64,000 bases of DNA, taken from the IMG/VR virus record IMGVR_UViG_3300045988_072432; one strand, written 5' to 3'. This document shows positions 46,479-56,251 of this stretch, in pieces (positions within the stretch are counted from its first letter, which is position 1; the number at the start of each line of letters is the position of its first letter). The stretch is from a virus. The notes under the pieces were generated by a model. That model was not told the DNA's origin, made no database searches, and was given only the letters and a program-made list of their open reading frames with translations. The translations under genes and the position numbers were made by a program.

Positions 46479-47195
46479 TTAAATTCTTCTATATCTCATT
46501 ATACTATCAATTGCTTCATTGGTTATCTGATTGGGGTCATATTCACCAGAATTAGCATAAAGCTTATCTGGGTCATGGTTTAAATATACACTATAGATAA
46601 CGTTGTCAAAGGGTAACCATACTTCCATCCTTCCCATTTCTGGGTATATAAGGACTTTTACTCTTTTACAAAGATGGTCAACCTCTAATACTGTAGCATC
46701 TACTCCCTCATAGGGATAACCTCGTAATACTAAGTAATCTCCCGGTTTTACATTGACTAAATCATCTACCGAAAACTTCTTGTTCTCTCTAGCAATACGT
46801 TTAAATCGCCTTACTTCTTTTCTACTACAAGTAGCCACTAAAGAAAAATCATCAAAGTCTTCTGCATTGTCAATCCTTACCTTTTTCTTTCTTGGGTGCA
46901 TTGTCTCGGTATTACGTAACCAAGTTCTGATACCAGATATATTCCTACGTAACTTATTAAGAAAGGGCCTTGAGAATGCTAATTTAGTGGGCATTCTCAT
47001 AAAACCATAATTGAATAATACTGGTACTTCTTCGAATACCATCTTACCCTTTGTGGTTTTTCTTAATACGTTTACCATAGGAATAATTGCCTTGATTTGG
47101 TCATACCCCTTTTCTTTAAGTTCTTTATTAATTTTATCACAGTACTTCCTTTCAAGGTAAAATATACAATATGAGTATGGGGTATGCTTCTTCAT
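46479..47195 (-). CDS. NusG/UpxY-like transcription antiterminator
   Basis: NGN-like N-terminus (YCIFYLERKY...EVPVLFNYGFMRM) and a KOW-like segment (KPGDYLVLRGYPYEGVDATVLEVD...RVKVLI). Confidence 0.55.
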   Translation of the reverse strand: MKKHTPYSYCIFYLERKYCDKINKELKEKGYDQIKAIIPMVNVLRKTTKGKMVFEEVPVLFNYGFMRMPTKLAFSRPFLNKLRRNISGIRTWLRNTETMHPRKKKVRIDNAEDFDDFSLVATCSRKEVRRFKRIARENKKFSVDDLVNVKPGDYLVLRGYPYEGVDATVLEVDHLCKRVKVLIYPEMGRMEVWLPFDNVIYSVYLNHDPDKLYANSGEYDPNQITNEAIDSIMRYRRI

Positions 47196-47198
47196 GGG

Positions 47199-47732
47199 TT
47201 ACCGATTTTTAAGAATTAACTTAGCTTGTTTATGTACTAACTTATAGTTTACATTCTTCAGTATATCACTAGCCATGAATACATAAAGAATCTCATCTAT
47301 CTTTGGTACATCGATTACCATAATATTGGCTTTATCGAATAGGGGTTTATATAATACGGAAGATAGACCCTTTCCAACTACAAAGAAAAATTCTTCTGAG
47401 GGCATTGAATTATATCTCATACAGAGTATGGGAACTTTATTTGCTCTTTTTGCATCCTTAGAAGCTTGTTCCCAAAATTTCAATATATCGCATCCCTTAT
47501 TACCTAAGAGTAGATGTTCAAATTTAATCTCTTTATAATTCTTGCATTCAATAGATATCTTACATCTATGAGCATGCCTTTCATCAGTACAGGTTAAATC
47601 AGAAGTGGAGTCCTTGTTTGAATGCCAAGCTCCACTCCCGGCTCTGTTTCTTTCAAATTTGTACCCGGTCCATTTCGTAAACCAAGCCCCTATCTTTCTT
47701 TCGAATCGATTTCCTTTATTCTTAGAGTTCAT
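47199..47732 (-). CDS. Hjc-like PD-(D/E)xK Holliday-junction resolvase (putative)
   Basis: KGNRFERKI...SGAW...SDL...ISIECK pattern. Confidence 0.5.
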   Translation of the reverse strand: MNSKNKGNRFERKIGAWFTKWTGYKFERNRAGSGAWHSNKDSTSDLTCTDERHAHRCKISIECKNYKEIKFEHLLLGNKGCDILKFWEQASKDAKRANKVPILCMRYNSMPSEEFFFVVGKGLSSVLYKPLFDKANIMVIDVPKIDEILYVFMASDILKNVNYKLVHKQAKLILKNR

Positions 47733-47763
47733 GATATAATGGTGTATTGTATTTTATATACCA

Positions 47764-49476
47764 TTATAGTAATTGGTACTTACTCAGGCCTTGGGTCTTT
47801 TCCACTTGCAGGATTTTGGTATTACCGAGAGGAAGTGAATCCAAGTGGGTTATCAAGAATAAAGTTTTCTCTTTGAATATGTGACGTATCAATGATGTAA
47901 CTACTTCTACATTATCTGAACTTAAAGATTCGAATACCTCATCAAGGAATGCAATATTAATACCCTTAGATGCTATGAGAGATTCATTCATGGCAAAAGC
48001 CATTGCTACATTACATAATTGTTTTTCACCTCCCGAAAGTTCATCATAATCCATAATCATCCCATCCCTTTCTATTAGAGTAACAAAATCTTTTCTTGCA
48101 GTTCCCAGGTCTATATTGAACTCTATTCTAAACCCAAGTACCTCTGAATACTTGTCCAGAGTTCTATTAAGGAATTCAAGAGATGAATCGAAGAGATAGG
48201 CCTTAATCCCATTATTACCAAGAGGGTCATTAATTAACCAATTATAATTCTCTAACTCTAATTCTTTGTTATGAAAATCCTCATCAACTTTCCGTAAGTT
48301 TTTCCTAATCTCTTTAAGCTTCTGTTTATACTTGGGAGACATGACCTTAAGCTTTTCCTGTTTGAGCTTGGCCAAATCTTCTTCAATAGAAGCAAGGTCA
48401 TCAGCAATATCATCACAATCAGATTTCAATTTCTTATATCGTTCATCCACGTTCTCTAATTCTTCCAACCTATCTTGGGCTTTTGAGTATTTCTTCTCAT
48501 ATTTTTCAATATCAGAGAACGCATTATATATTGATTTAGCATCTCGTAATGCACGTTTGTAGTTACCTCCTTCTAACTGTATTACTAATTCCTTAATGAC
48601 CTCTTTGAGAGATACATTGGATATCTTCTTAGCATTATTCAATTTACCCCTGATATCAGAGATTAATTTGTTCTGATTTTTAATCTTAATCTTTATAGAA
48701 GCATCTACCTCATCTTTAATCTGTTTTTGTTTTTGTATCAGTAACTTGGTTAGTTTCTCCCTATCTTGCTTCAAGGATTTCCTTTCTTCTCTGTTCTTCT
48801 TCTTAAAGGACTTCTCTCTATCTCTTAAGTCGAAGTAAGCCTCCTTGTTTGCCTCTAATTCTTTCTTTAATAATTGAGATTGATGCTCTACCTCATTTAT
48901 CTGGGCCACTATATTATTTTTATCTTGTAATGCAATGCCTTTGGCAAGGTTTAAGAATTCTAAATCAAATACTTCTTCGAATATCTTTTTCTTATCAGAA
49001 TTAGATTCTTGTATTAATCGTTTGATGCCCTGACCAAACATTATAGAATTCATAAACAGAGTATATGATAAACCTATCTCTCGGTTTATGGCATCTTGTA
49101 TCTTACCCTTACACTTGATGTCAATTATATCACCATCTTTGATGAATACTAATCGGTCTTTGCCCTTTGCACCATCCTCAAGTACTTCTTCATATTTTTG
49201 ACATCGGATAATCTTATAAGTATGGGTGTCTTTTTGGAAGAATACCTGGACCATAGTCCCCTTGTAATCTTTGGGTCTTACTTCCTTCCAGGTATTTACA
49301 TCAGATACACCCTTTAGATTTTTCCCATATATTGCCCATACTAATGCCGATAGAATAGTTGATTTCCCTTTCCCATTTGGTGCCTTGATAAGGATGGTAC
49401 AAGTTGGATTTAGTTGTAGATGCAGGGTTTCTATTGAACAAAAACCCACTACATCCATATTCATAAAACTTAGCAT
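47764..49476 (-). CDS. sbcC: SbcC/Rad50-like ATPase
   Basis: Walker A APNGKGKST, central coiled coil, signature LSGGEKQL, Walker B IAFLDEVF. Confidence 0.85.
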   Translation of the reverse strand: MLSFMNMDVVGFCSIETLHLQLNPTCTILIKAPNGKGKSTILSALVWAIYGKNLKGVSDVNTWKEVRPKDYKGTMVQVFFQKDTHTYKIIRCQKYEEVLEDGAKGKDRLVFIKDGDIIDIKCKGKIQDAINREIGLSYTLFMNSIMFGQGIKRLIQESNSDKKKIFEEVFDLEFLNLAKGIALQDKNNIVAQINEVEHQSQLLKKELEANKEAYFDLRDREKSFKKKNREERKSLKQDREKLTKLLIQKQKQIKDEVDASIKIKIKNQNKLISDIRGKLNNAKKISNVSLKEVIKELVIQLEGGNYKRALRDAKSIYNAFSDIEKYEKKYSKAQDRLEELENVDERYKKLKSDCDDIADDLASIEEDLAKLKQEKLKVMSPKYKQKLKEIRKNLRKVDEDFHNKELELENYNWLINDPLGNNGIKAYLFDSSLEFLNRTLDKYSEVLGFRIEFNIDLGTARKDFVTLIERDGMIMDYDELSGGEKQLCNVAMAFAMNESLIASKGINIAFLDEVFESLSSDNVEVVTSLIRHIFKEKTLFLITHLDSLPLGNTKILQVEKTQGLSKYQLL

Positions 49477-50444
49477 GACTCTACCTTTTTAAGTGTTTCT
49501 ATTAATAGGTTCGATTTAACCTTATCATTGATACCTTTCTCTTTTAAGTACCTCTTTGCTAGTGACTTCTTAGAAAGTTGCTTAGTAATCTTATGTTTGT
49601 TATTAACGGGAGTACTAGTTTTCTTGGGAATCACAGTATAATAATTGCCATCATCTTTAATATCTTCCTCAGATTCTACATCAATGAATTTCGGGAATTC
49701 CCTTAAAGGGATGAACTTCATTGATAGGTCCTCATATATTTTCCAATAACCCAATTCGCAATCTCTATCGGTTCTTCTTTGATGGTTAGTTGCCCCAATC
49801 ATATAGACCTTTTTCGAAAGTCTTTGAGGTTTATGAATATGTCCACATAATACTAAATCGAACTTATTGAGAAGGTTAACATTAAGATTCTCTACAGAAT
49901 CTATTTCCCTACCATCGGTGTCCTTTGCTCCTGGATAATCCGTGTGTAGTAAAAGTATATTCTTAAGACTTTTATCTAATTCAATATTCTTTAAATATTC
50001 ACTTAGACCGACATTATTATCAATATAAGGTACACCATATACTTTTATATCCTTATGATTAGAAGATAAGATAGCAGACCCATAATCTAATATATAAATC
50101 CCATACCTTTCTACTCTATAAAGCCAGCTATAGGGAGGTGTACCAGCTTTACTTACCTTCTTGATGTCATGATTCCCTGAAATAGCGTATACCCATAGAG
50201 GGTCATAATCATTGTACTTATTAAATTCTTTATAGCATATCTCATCAAGTTCTTGGTCCATATTCTCGGGCTTATGAAATAAGTCCCCACAGAATAAAGC
50301 TGGGCAATTATACTTCCTACATTGTTTTTGTATAATCGACAAAACCCTGAAACTATTCAGGGTCCTGTGATTATTCTCATTGAACTTAGCCCAGAGATTA
50401 ATATGCAAATCTGAAAAGGCTATTGCTATTACTTCTTTCCCCAT
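49470..50444 (-). CDS. sbcD: SbcD/Mre11-like nuclease
   Basis: Metallophosphoesterase motifs in order: FSDLH, GDLFH, GNHD, LLLHTD, GHIH. Confidence 0.85.
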   Translation of the reverse strand: MGKEVIAIAFSDLHINLWAKFNENNHRTLNSFRVLSIIQKQCRKYNCPALFCGDLFHKPENMDQELDEICYKEFNKYNDYDPLWVYAISGNHDIKKVSKAGTPPYSWLYRVERYGIYILDYGSAILSSNHKDIKVYGVPYIDNNVGLSEYLKNIELDKSLKNILLLHTDYPGAKDTDGREIDSVENLNVNLLNKFDLVLCGHIHKPQRLSKKVYMIGATNHQRRTDRDCELGYWKIYEDLSMKFIPLREFPKFIDVESEEDIKDDGNYYTVIPKKTSTPVNNKHKITKQLSKKSLAKRYLKEKGINDKVKSNLLIETLKKVESC

Positions 50445-51016
50445 ATCCTATCTAAATGGTAATTGATTTGTTCCGTTCTCATACCTAAATCGAGCTCAGA
50501 TATACAAATAGTGGGTATTTCCCAATTTGCAAGCAATTCCCCCATAAGAGATGATATCTGAACTTGGAAGAATCTGTTAAGTATTCTCTTACCATTATCT
50601 TCCATTGACCAATGCTTATAAGTATCTAGATTTAATGGTAAGAAGATTGCTACATCACATTGATCTTCCATTAAAGTCTTACATTGACAGAAAAAATGTT
50701 CCATTTCACATTCTGGTAAAGTTCTTGATTGCTTATACCAAAAATAAGCAGCCAAATCTGCATAACTCCTATCAGTTACAAAGTATTCTCTATCCTTGAA
50801 TAACCTATTCCTTTTGTTCAGAAGTTGAAAATCTGCTTTATACATTGCCTCCGAACCGAGGGATAATATTTCATTATGTGATACCCCTTCAGTAGCAGGT
50901 AATAAATCTGACATACTACCAGAAATAAAAGGTAGATCTTCTCTCTTAGCTACATACTTAGCTAAAGTAGTTTTCCCTATACCTGAGGGACCTACAAACA
51001 TTATACGTTTACTCAT
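50429..51016 (-). CDS. P-loop nucleotide kinase-like protein
   Basis: GPSGIGKTTLAKY resembles the guanylate/dNMP-kinase-type P-loop. 195 aa. Confidence 0.4.
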   Translation of the reverse strand: MSKRIMFVGPSGIGKTTLAKYVAKREDLPFISGSMSDLLPATEGVSHNEILSLGSEAMYKADFQLLNKRNRLFKDREYFVTDRSYADLAAYFWYKQSRTLPECEMEHFFCQCKTLMEDQCDVAIFLPLNLDTYKHWSMEDNGKRILNRFFQVQISSLMGELLANWEIPTICISELDLGMRTEQINYHLDRIWGKK

Positions 51017-51881
51017 GATGTAATTCTTTAAAGGGTTTTATAAATTCATTTGTCAAGAAGGATGCTAAAGAGTATTCGATACAAAGCTCTTTGAATTTCT
51101 CATACTTAAACTTCTTCTTTGACTTAAGTGGTAACTTGTCCAATGGGTTATGTCTTACAAACCAGAAGAGGTCAATCAATTGCTCATTCCTTTTCCATAT
51201 TTGAAGATATTCTTTGTTCTTACTCTGAGCAATGAATTTCTCAATCCTACCTTCATCGAGTATTTTCCTTGCCTTTACTGGACCTATACCAGGAAACCCA
51301 GATATATCATCGGAAGTATCTCCAACCATTGCTAAATATTCTACTGTCTCATGAGAATGATATCCGAATAATTCTTTGCAATTATCCATCCTTATCATCT
51401 CATCTTTTCTGGGATTATATATCCTCAGGTTATTTGATAGCAACTGATTAAAGTCTTTATCCGATGATATAAGTATCATTTTCTCGGATTGGAATTTTTT
51501 AATTGCAAGATATGCTAAGAAGTCATCTCCTTCATATACTGTAGATTTCTTTTTATCGAAGATATAATTAATTCTTAGCATACCCAGCATTTTCATTATG
51601 ATTGCCTTTTGCTTTTGCAATGACTCATAATCTATTGATATATTTTTTCGATGCCCCTTGTAATTGGGCAATAACTTCGTCCTTACTGGTGAATGACCAT
51701 TATCGAATGAAATATAAACCCCATCTGGTTCAAACCTCGTAAGATACATATGCAGGGATTTAAAAAGTCCAAATATTGCCCCACTGGGTTTTCCATCAGT
51801 AGATTTAAGTTTTTCGAACTTATGGAAGGATTGATGGAGGATATTTTCTCCATCAATCAATAATATTGTTTTCTTACTCAT
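51009..51881 (-). CDS. 5'-3' exonuclease / flap endonuclease
   Basis: ILLIDGENILHQSF (PIN-like N-terminus), ISSDKDFNQL, VGDTSDDISGFPGIGPVKA (H3TH). Confidence 0.8.
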   Translation of the reverse strand: MSKKTILLIDGENILHQSFHKFEKLKSTDGKPSGAIFGLFKSLHMYLTRFEPDGVYISFDNGHSPVRTKLLPNYKGHRKNISIDYESLQKQKAIIMKMLGMLRINYIFDKKKSTVYEGDDFLAYLAIKKFQSEKMILISSDKDFNQLLSNNLRIYNPRKDEMIRMDNCKELFGYHSHETVEYLAMVGDTSDDISGFPGIGPVKARKILDEGRIEKFIAQSKNKEYLQIWKRNEQLIDLFWFVRHNPLDKLPLKSKKKFKYEKFKELCIEYSLASFLTNEFIKPFKELHHE

Positions 51882-52063
51882 ACTCTAAAATCGAATTCAT
51901 AAAGTGAAACTTCTTGAATCTTTTCGTTACCAAGATAGATATCAAGATAATTCTCAGCAGAACTATAAGCATCTAAGTATCTAACTCTTGGTTCAATTCT
52001 CAAATTCTTTTTAAGGTATTCTTTAATTACTTTCTCTATACCCTCTACCTCCTTTTTATTCAT
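51878..52063 (-). CDS. small hypothetical protein
   Basis: 61-aa ORF coupled on both sides. Confidence 0.4.
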   Translation of the reverse strand: MNKKEVEGIEKVIKEYLKKNLRIEPRVRYLDAYSSAENYLDIYLGNEKIQEVSLYEFDFRV

Positions 52064-53207
52064 CTTCTACCTCCTCTTCGTCTTCCGATTCGTTAAATGA
52101 TTCATATTCTACTCCATCTACTGGATATAAATTAGTAGTCAATGCTACTATCTTCTTTCTAGTTGTACCGATAGTATTTATCTCGGCCTTCTTTAATAGT
52201 TTACGACGAAGTTCATCATCCTCTTCCAAAAGCTTTTGGAATTTCTCTTCCCCTCTTGCAAGAGTTTTTCCTTTGAACTTATATACTCCACCTGAAGATT
52301 TTTCTATGATATCATTTTCTACCAATACATCCTCAAGAGCATAGCATCTATCAAAACCTACTTCATGGAACTTAGGATTGAAGTAAACCGGGCACTTACT
52401 GATTGTAGGTCTTGGAGGAGCAACCTTATTTTTAATAAGTCGGATTGTGACCAATTTACCAGCTTTCCGTTCTTTACCTTTCTGTTTAACAGTGATAGAC
52501 CTGCCTGAGTAAAAGGCAGCTCTGATTGAAGCGTAGAACTTAAGTGCTGCACCTCCTGTAGTAGTTGTGTTATCTTTTCCGAATCCGACATTTAAAGCAG
52601 TTCTTAATTGGTTAATGTAAATCTGTGTAACTCCTAATCTATAGAATAGTTCACTTCTGATACGGAAGTATTTGTAAAGAGCTTTTGCTCTACCTCCCAT
52701 TTCAGCCTTACCCTCTACCATTTTAGAATCTATGTTATCTGCACAATCCATAGCAGCAATAGAATCTATCACTAAGAGAATCGGTTCATTATTAGTTAAT
52801 TGAGAACGAAGATAGATTGCTAAGTCTGCTACAGCATCAGAAATATATTCTATACGAGTATCATTTAATACTGTAACTCTTTCTGGGTCTACTCCATTAA
52901 TTTCTGCCCAAGAGTTCATCCAAGATTGTTCGGCATCTACCCATATGACATGTCCTCCGAGTTGTTGACAAGTATATGCAAAGTTATAGGCAATAAGAGA
53001 TTTACCAGATGATTCTTCTCCAGCTACTTCTAAAATTTTACCGAATGGTATACCACCACCAAAGGTATAGTTGAGAGCAAAGAAGGTTGATGGCAACCAT
53101 AGATTTGATTCTACAGTTTCTGAAGCCAATCTCATCATGCCCCCATATTTCTTTAATATCTCATTTTTTGTTGGTACCTTTAAACCCACTTTCGATTTCT
53201 TTGCCAT
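52056..53207 (-). CDS. recA: RecA/UvsX-like recombinase
   Basis: GGIPFGKILEVAGEESSGKS (Walker A), LLVIDSIAAM (Walker B), INQLR...TTTGGAALKFYASIR, IKNKVAPP. Confidence 0.85.
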   Translation of the reverse strand: MAKKSKVGLKVPTKNEILKKYGGMMRLASETVESNLWLPSTFFALNYTFGGGIPFGKILEVAGEESSGKSLIAYNFAYTCQQLGGHVIWVDAEQSWMNSWAEINGVDPERVTVLNDTRIEYISDAVADLAIYLRSQLTNNEPILLVIDSIAAMDCADNIDSKMVEGKAEMGGRAKALYKYFRIRSELFYRLGVTQIYINQLRTALNVGFGKDNTTTTGGAALKFYASIRAAFYSGRSITVKQKGKERKAGKLVTIRLIKNKVAPPRPTISKCPVYFNPKFHEVGFDRCYALEDVLVENDIIEKSSGGVYKFKGKTLARGEEKFQKLLEEDDELRRKLLKKAEINTIGTTRKKIVALTTNLYPVDGVEYESFNESEDEEEVEDE

Positions 53208-53229
53208 AATGTAATGTATTTAAACTAAA

Positions 53230-53265
53230 GAAGGTGATAACCGAACGAATCTAATTATCACCTTC
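53230..53265 (-). terminator. rho-independent terminator
   Basis: 11-bp stem gaaggtgataa / ttatcaccttc, then TTTAGTTTAAAT on the minus strand. Lies after the SSB gene. Confidence 0.6.
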
Positions 53266-53291
53266 GAATGAAACCATATTATTACTAACCC

Positions 53292-54098
53292 TTAAATATC
53301 CGATTTGTATTTTCTTTTCTTTTTCTTGGGTTCATCGTCTTCCATGTAATGGTCTTTGTGAACTCCCTTTTTCTTTTTCTTCTTTGGATTATCTTCCTCA
53401 TCATCACCGTGGTCTTCATTTAGATACTGTGAAAGTAAATCTTCCAACTCATCATAGGATTTGATTTGAGAACGAACTATACCCTCAAGGTCAATTGTAC
53501 CTTGATATTTCTTGTCCAACTTAGTTGGTTTGCAAGCACGAGCAGAATAAGTGGTGTCTAGTTTACCAGACCCTGAACGTATTATCTTAATATCATAACC
53601 AGTTTTTGGGTCGGTCATATCACCTGCCTCATCTTCATCAAGGTATAGGTCAATGATATCCTGGTATACTGAGCGAGGAACTAAAACTCCCTTATCTTTG
53701 CCTTCATAATCTACCTTACTACCCTTTTCATCTGAATAGATTATACCACCAATAACATATCTTCTTCTTGGTACCAGATTCTTGGCAAGTTCCTTGTCGT
53801 CTTCATCCTTAGAGTTTTTCAATTCTTGATACTTCTCCATAAATGGGCAAGGTTCATCAAAAGTAGCCGGAGATATAACTCCTCCCAAATTGCCTCCCAG
53901 GTAGAATTGAATAATTTCGATACCCAATTCTTGGTCATCACCAGGAGACTTAATTCTCATTCTCAGAGTTCCTTCTTTTGGATATACTAACCCACTACCA
54001 TTTCCCTTAGATTCTAGCTGTTTCTTTCTAGCTAGCATCTTTTCTTTTGTAGAAAGTCCCTCTGATGAAACTTTCTTTTTCTTCTTATCTTTTATCAT
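53292..54098 (-). CDS. gp32-like single-stranded DNA-binding protein (putative)
   Basis: Basic N-terminus, OB-like core whose blocks are colinear with T4 gp32 as I recall it (…LRMRIKSPGDDQ…, CPFMEKY, RRRYVIGGII), acidic/basic C-terminal tail. Next to recA. Confidence 0.55.
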   Translation of the reverse strand: MIKDKKKKKVSSEGLSTKEKMLARKKQLESKGNGSGLVYPKEGTLRMRIKSPGDDQELGIEIIQFYLGGNLGGVISPATFDEPCPFMEKYQELKNSKDEDDKELAKNLVPRRRYVIGGIIYSDEKGSKVDYEGKDKGVLVPRSVYQDIIDLYLDEDEAGDMTDPKTGYDIKIIRSGSGKLDTTYSARACKPTKLDKKYQGTIDLEGIVRSQIKSYDELEDLLSQYLNEDHGDDEEDNPKKKKKKGVHKDHYMEDDEPKKKKRKYKSDI

Positions 54099-54103
54099 AA
54101 TGA

Positions 54104-54496
54104 TTAATTTTGATTGTTCGGTTCTGAATAGACTACCTCATTCATACTCAATACGGTAAGAACGTTTTTCTCTAAGATCTTTTGAAGAGCAGGAGATAAT
54201 TTATCTGTTTCGAATTCAAGTTCTTTACCCGCATACAAACCATAGGTAACTATCCTACCTATGCCCACCAATTCCCGATAGGTTTTATATTCTTCTGTAA
54301 TCTCCCCACTCTTTACTACAACTCCTTTACGAGGAACTCCCTCTTTTACTTGTTCAGGGATAATCAAACCCGATTTAGTTTGGTTTACCTCCTTTGGAGA
54401 TAAAATAAGTACCCGGTTTTCTGTAGGGCATCCAGGTAATTCTTGATTAAATTTCTCAGCCACAAGAGGTGAGATAAATGTCATTGAATAATTCAT
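54104..54496 (-). CDS. GroES-like co-chaperonin
   Basis: NRVLILSPKEVNQTKSGLIIPEQVKEGVPRKGVVVKSGE...GRIVTYGLYAGKELEFE...VLTVLSMNEVV is colinear with GroES. Confidence 0.55.
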   Translation of the reverse strand: MNYSMTFISPLVAEKFNQELPGCPTENRVLILSPKEVNQTKSGLIIPEQVKEGVPRKGVVVKSGEITEEYKTYRELVGIGRIVTYGLYAGKELEFETDKLSPALQKILEKNVLTVLSMNEVVYSEPNNQN

Positions 54497-54544
54497 ATTC
54501 TAATACTGTTTTTAAAAGTTAGTAATTATTTATAGTTCAATGGG

Positions 54545-54961
54545 TTAACCCTTTCTTAGATTCGCATTAATAGTTCTTAATATATTCTCCCGACTCTCAT
54601 AAGCTTTACATATAGCTATGAACTTATTTGCTTTTTCTACAGCTTTTAAGTATCTCTCATAAATGGAAGAATACTTCTTGTTAAGATTTGCCTTATGAGA
54701 AACATATTCGTTATTCCACCTTTCATTGGCATCCTTATAATATACCCAAGCATTGGAATAGGCTTCATCCTTTTCCCTTGCTAGTAAATCTCTTTCCTTT
54801 ATATACTTATCTCTAAGAGAACAAAGAATATAATAATTAGAAGGAGATTCTCGTAGCTGAGAATTAATGATATTCTCATTGATAGACAATTCTTTTTGAA
54901 TATCAATTTCTAGGGTCCTACCCTCAAATTTAACCTTTAGTTTTTTTAGCTCCGTCTTCAT
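54545..54961 (-). CDS. hypothetical protein
   Basis: 138-aa ORF. Confidence 0.55.
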   Translation of the reverse strand: MKTELKKLKVKFEGRTLEIDIQKELSINENIINSQLRESPSNYYILCSLRDKYIKERDLLAREKDEAYSNAWVYYKDANERWNNEYVSHKANLNKKYSSIYERYLKAVEKANKFIAICKAYESRENILRTINANLRKG

Positions 54962-55451
54962 AAACTTCTAATAGGTTTTTAAAGTCTTCCTTACTAAATT
55001 CGCCTTTACTTATAGCATTAGATACTTGAGCAAAAGCCATTTGATAAGCTAAACTCATACCAGGCAATCTAAGAAGAGATTTATAGGGACTAATCTTATC
55101 TACTAAAGCTCTTAATCGTAAGTCGCATAAGTTATCAGTTCCCCCTCTATCTAATAATACTAAAAATGCAGCCCAATAAATATGGGTGGCATCTTCATAA
55201 GCAAGTTTACCATCCTCATCTGTAGCCATCACTTTAAAAGCCAATCCCTCTAAAGTAGTAAGATTAGTTTGTACTTGAGATAACTGGGTCTTTAATCGGT
55301 TAAGTAACATTTTTTCTTGTCCACTCAACCTTAGATTAACCCCATCTAAATACTTAAGTAAATTTTCGATAGAATAACCTAAGCAACCTGCAACCATATA
55401 AGTAAGGGCAGTTAATTTGCTTGCATTATCAATCTCTTTCTGTGTTGCCAT
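54930..55451 (-). CDS. hypothetical protein
   Basis: 173-aa ORF. Confidence 0.55.
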   Translation of the reverse strand: MATQKEIDNASKLTALTYMVAGCLGYSIENLLKYLDGVNLRLSGQEKMLLNRLKTQLSQVQTNLTTLEGLAFKVMATDEDGKLAYEDATHIYWAAFLVLLDRGGTDNLCDLRLRALVDKISPYKSLLRLPGMSLAYQMAFAQVSNAISKGEFSKEDFKNLLEVYEDGAKKTKG

Positions 55452-55472
55452 AATCTCATAAATTTTTATTAT

Positions 55473-55682
55473 TTATGTAGACATAGTATCCTCTCTTTTC
55501 GCTTCTGTAGTGGATTTAGCATTATCTTTATGATGAAGATACCTATTGCAACCTGGGCATTTAACCAATTTACAATCAGCAAAAGTATGTGAATCCACTT
55601 CTGAATAATCATACTCAAATTCACAATCACAGTATGGGCACTTAGCTCGCCATACAGTGGGTCCGTTCAAAATCTTTTTCAT
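55473..55682 (-). CDS. zinc-ribbon protein
   Basis: CPYCDC...CPGCN, 69 aa. Confidence 0.5.
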   Translation of the reverse strand: MKKILNGPTVWRAKCPYCDCEFEYDYSEVDSHTFADCKLVKCPGCNRYLHHKDNAKSTTEAKREDTMST

Positions 55683-56251
55683 TTCCTTAGTTTTATGTTA
55701 TTACATCGTAATATTTTATATAATACCCCAGTTGATATACCGAATTCTTCCAGTATATCTTTTCTAGGTATACCCTCTATATACATAGAAATTAATAATT
55801 CTACATTTACCTTACGTTCTCGTTCTTTACCCACAAAATAAAATCTTTTATCTTCTATACATTGACCAATGTTCATCTTAGCTGTGCCCCAATATAAATT
55901 ACTTACTCGATTATTCTCTGGATTATTATTTTTATGACATACTTGAGGATAATTGTTTGGGTTAGGGATGTAAATAGAAGCAACTAACCTATGTCTATAA
56001 AAGTTCTTCCGTTTACCCTCGTCTCCTACTAAAGAGTTAGATAAATAACCATTATCTTTCATAGCGGGTTTTACTAATTTCCAACTACCAGTAAATTTCG
56101 AGTATAATTTTCCAGTACGTGATATGTAATAATTACTAAACCCAGGTATATTACCCTTTTCTCGATTTTTCATATTCTCGTTGATATTTATGGATTTCCT
56201 TTTTATATAGTTCCATAAATACTTCTGGTGAAGCTGCACTAAAATTACCAA
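55679..56251 (-). mobile_element. free-standing HNH homing endonuclease (NUMOD4/HNH_3-like + C-terminal HTH)
   Basis: IPGFSNYYISRTGKLYSK, HRLVASIYIPNPNNYPQVCHKNNNPENNRVSNLYWGT. Likely start at M27 (56173). Paralog of 62239..62745. Confidence 0.75.
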
